Origin: Octopus vulgaris
Lineage: Eukaryota
Direction of reading: 5' to 3'
Length of the DNA: 64,000 bases
Assembly (NCBI GenBank): GCA_951406725.2
Contig: OX597825.1
Coordinates: 41,602,001-41,666,000 of the forward strand
Shown: in pieces, positions 63,791 through 64,000 of the stretch
How the letters are laid out: every line of letters starts with the position of its first letter
How positions within the stretch are numbered: position 1 is the first letter of the stretch
Translations under genes and position numbers: made by a program
Notes under the pieces: generated by a model
Seen by the model: the letters and a program-made list of their open reading frames with translations, nothing else
Told to the model about the DNA's origin: nothing
The model's database searches: none

Positions 63791-64000
63791 GGTGAAAGTG
63801 ACTCTTTTTCCTGACCAACAGATAAGACTACCGTAATTCTCTCTTCGTTTCCTTCTTTTTTCTTCCTTTACATCACACATGGAACAGTGAACTTCCCCTA
63901 ACATATATGACTTTGAAAAGAAGTGCATCATCTTATTTAATTTTTAAGTGAAAAACCCTTGCTATGAGATAATGTCTATGACATGCTCATTGATCAAGAA

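Overview
AT-rich, microsatellite-dense eukaryotic DNA that is almost entirely transposable-element debris. The mix of RTE LINEs with (GAT)n tails, Nin/Deu- and CCTTGGGCAAG-type SINEs and Penelope-like elements suggests a mollusc, probably an octopus (inference). No host protein-coding gene, rRNA, functional tRNA or CRISPR array can be supported. Recognisable elements: several RTE-clade LINE copies (one near full length, 58.4-62.2 kb), R4/Dong-like RLE LINE remnants, L1/Tx1 and CR1/L2 fragments, two Penelope-like elements, four Ty3/gypsy remnants, a complete but dead Tc1 and a complete but dead mariner (both with TIRs and TA TSDs), a mariner-type MITE, a Helentron-type non-autonomous element and many SINEs. 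Most noteworthy: (i) a 1.6-kb ORF1-only (HAL1-like) Tx1/L1 element between 21-bp direct repeats inside a gypsy LTR, near its likely transcription start; (ii) a cluster of hammerhead-ribozyme-like motifs at 48-50.5 kb, including a ~290-bp tRNA-head unit and an ~800-bp inverted pair; (iii) a two-copy family of long palindromes; (iv) RTE ORF2s with an internal PHD finger or three C-terminal C2H2-like fingers; (v) copy-number-variable hairpin arrays in the RTE 3' UTR. All calls come from reading motifs by eye, and boundaries of degenerate elements are approximate.
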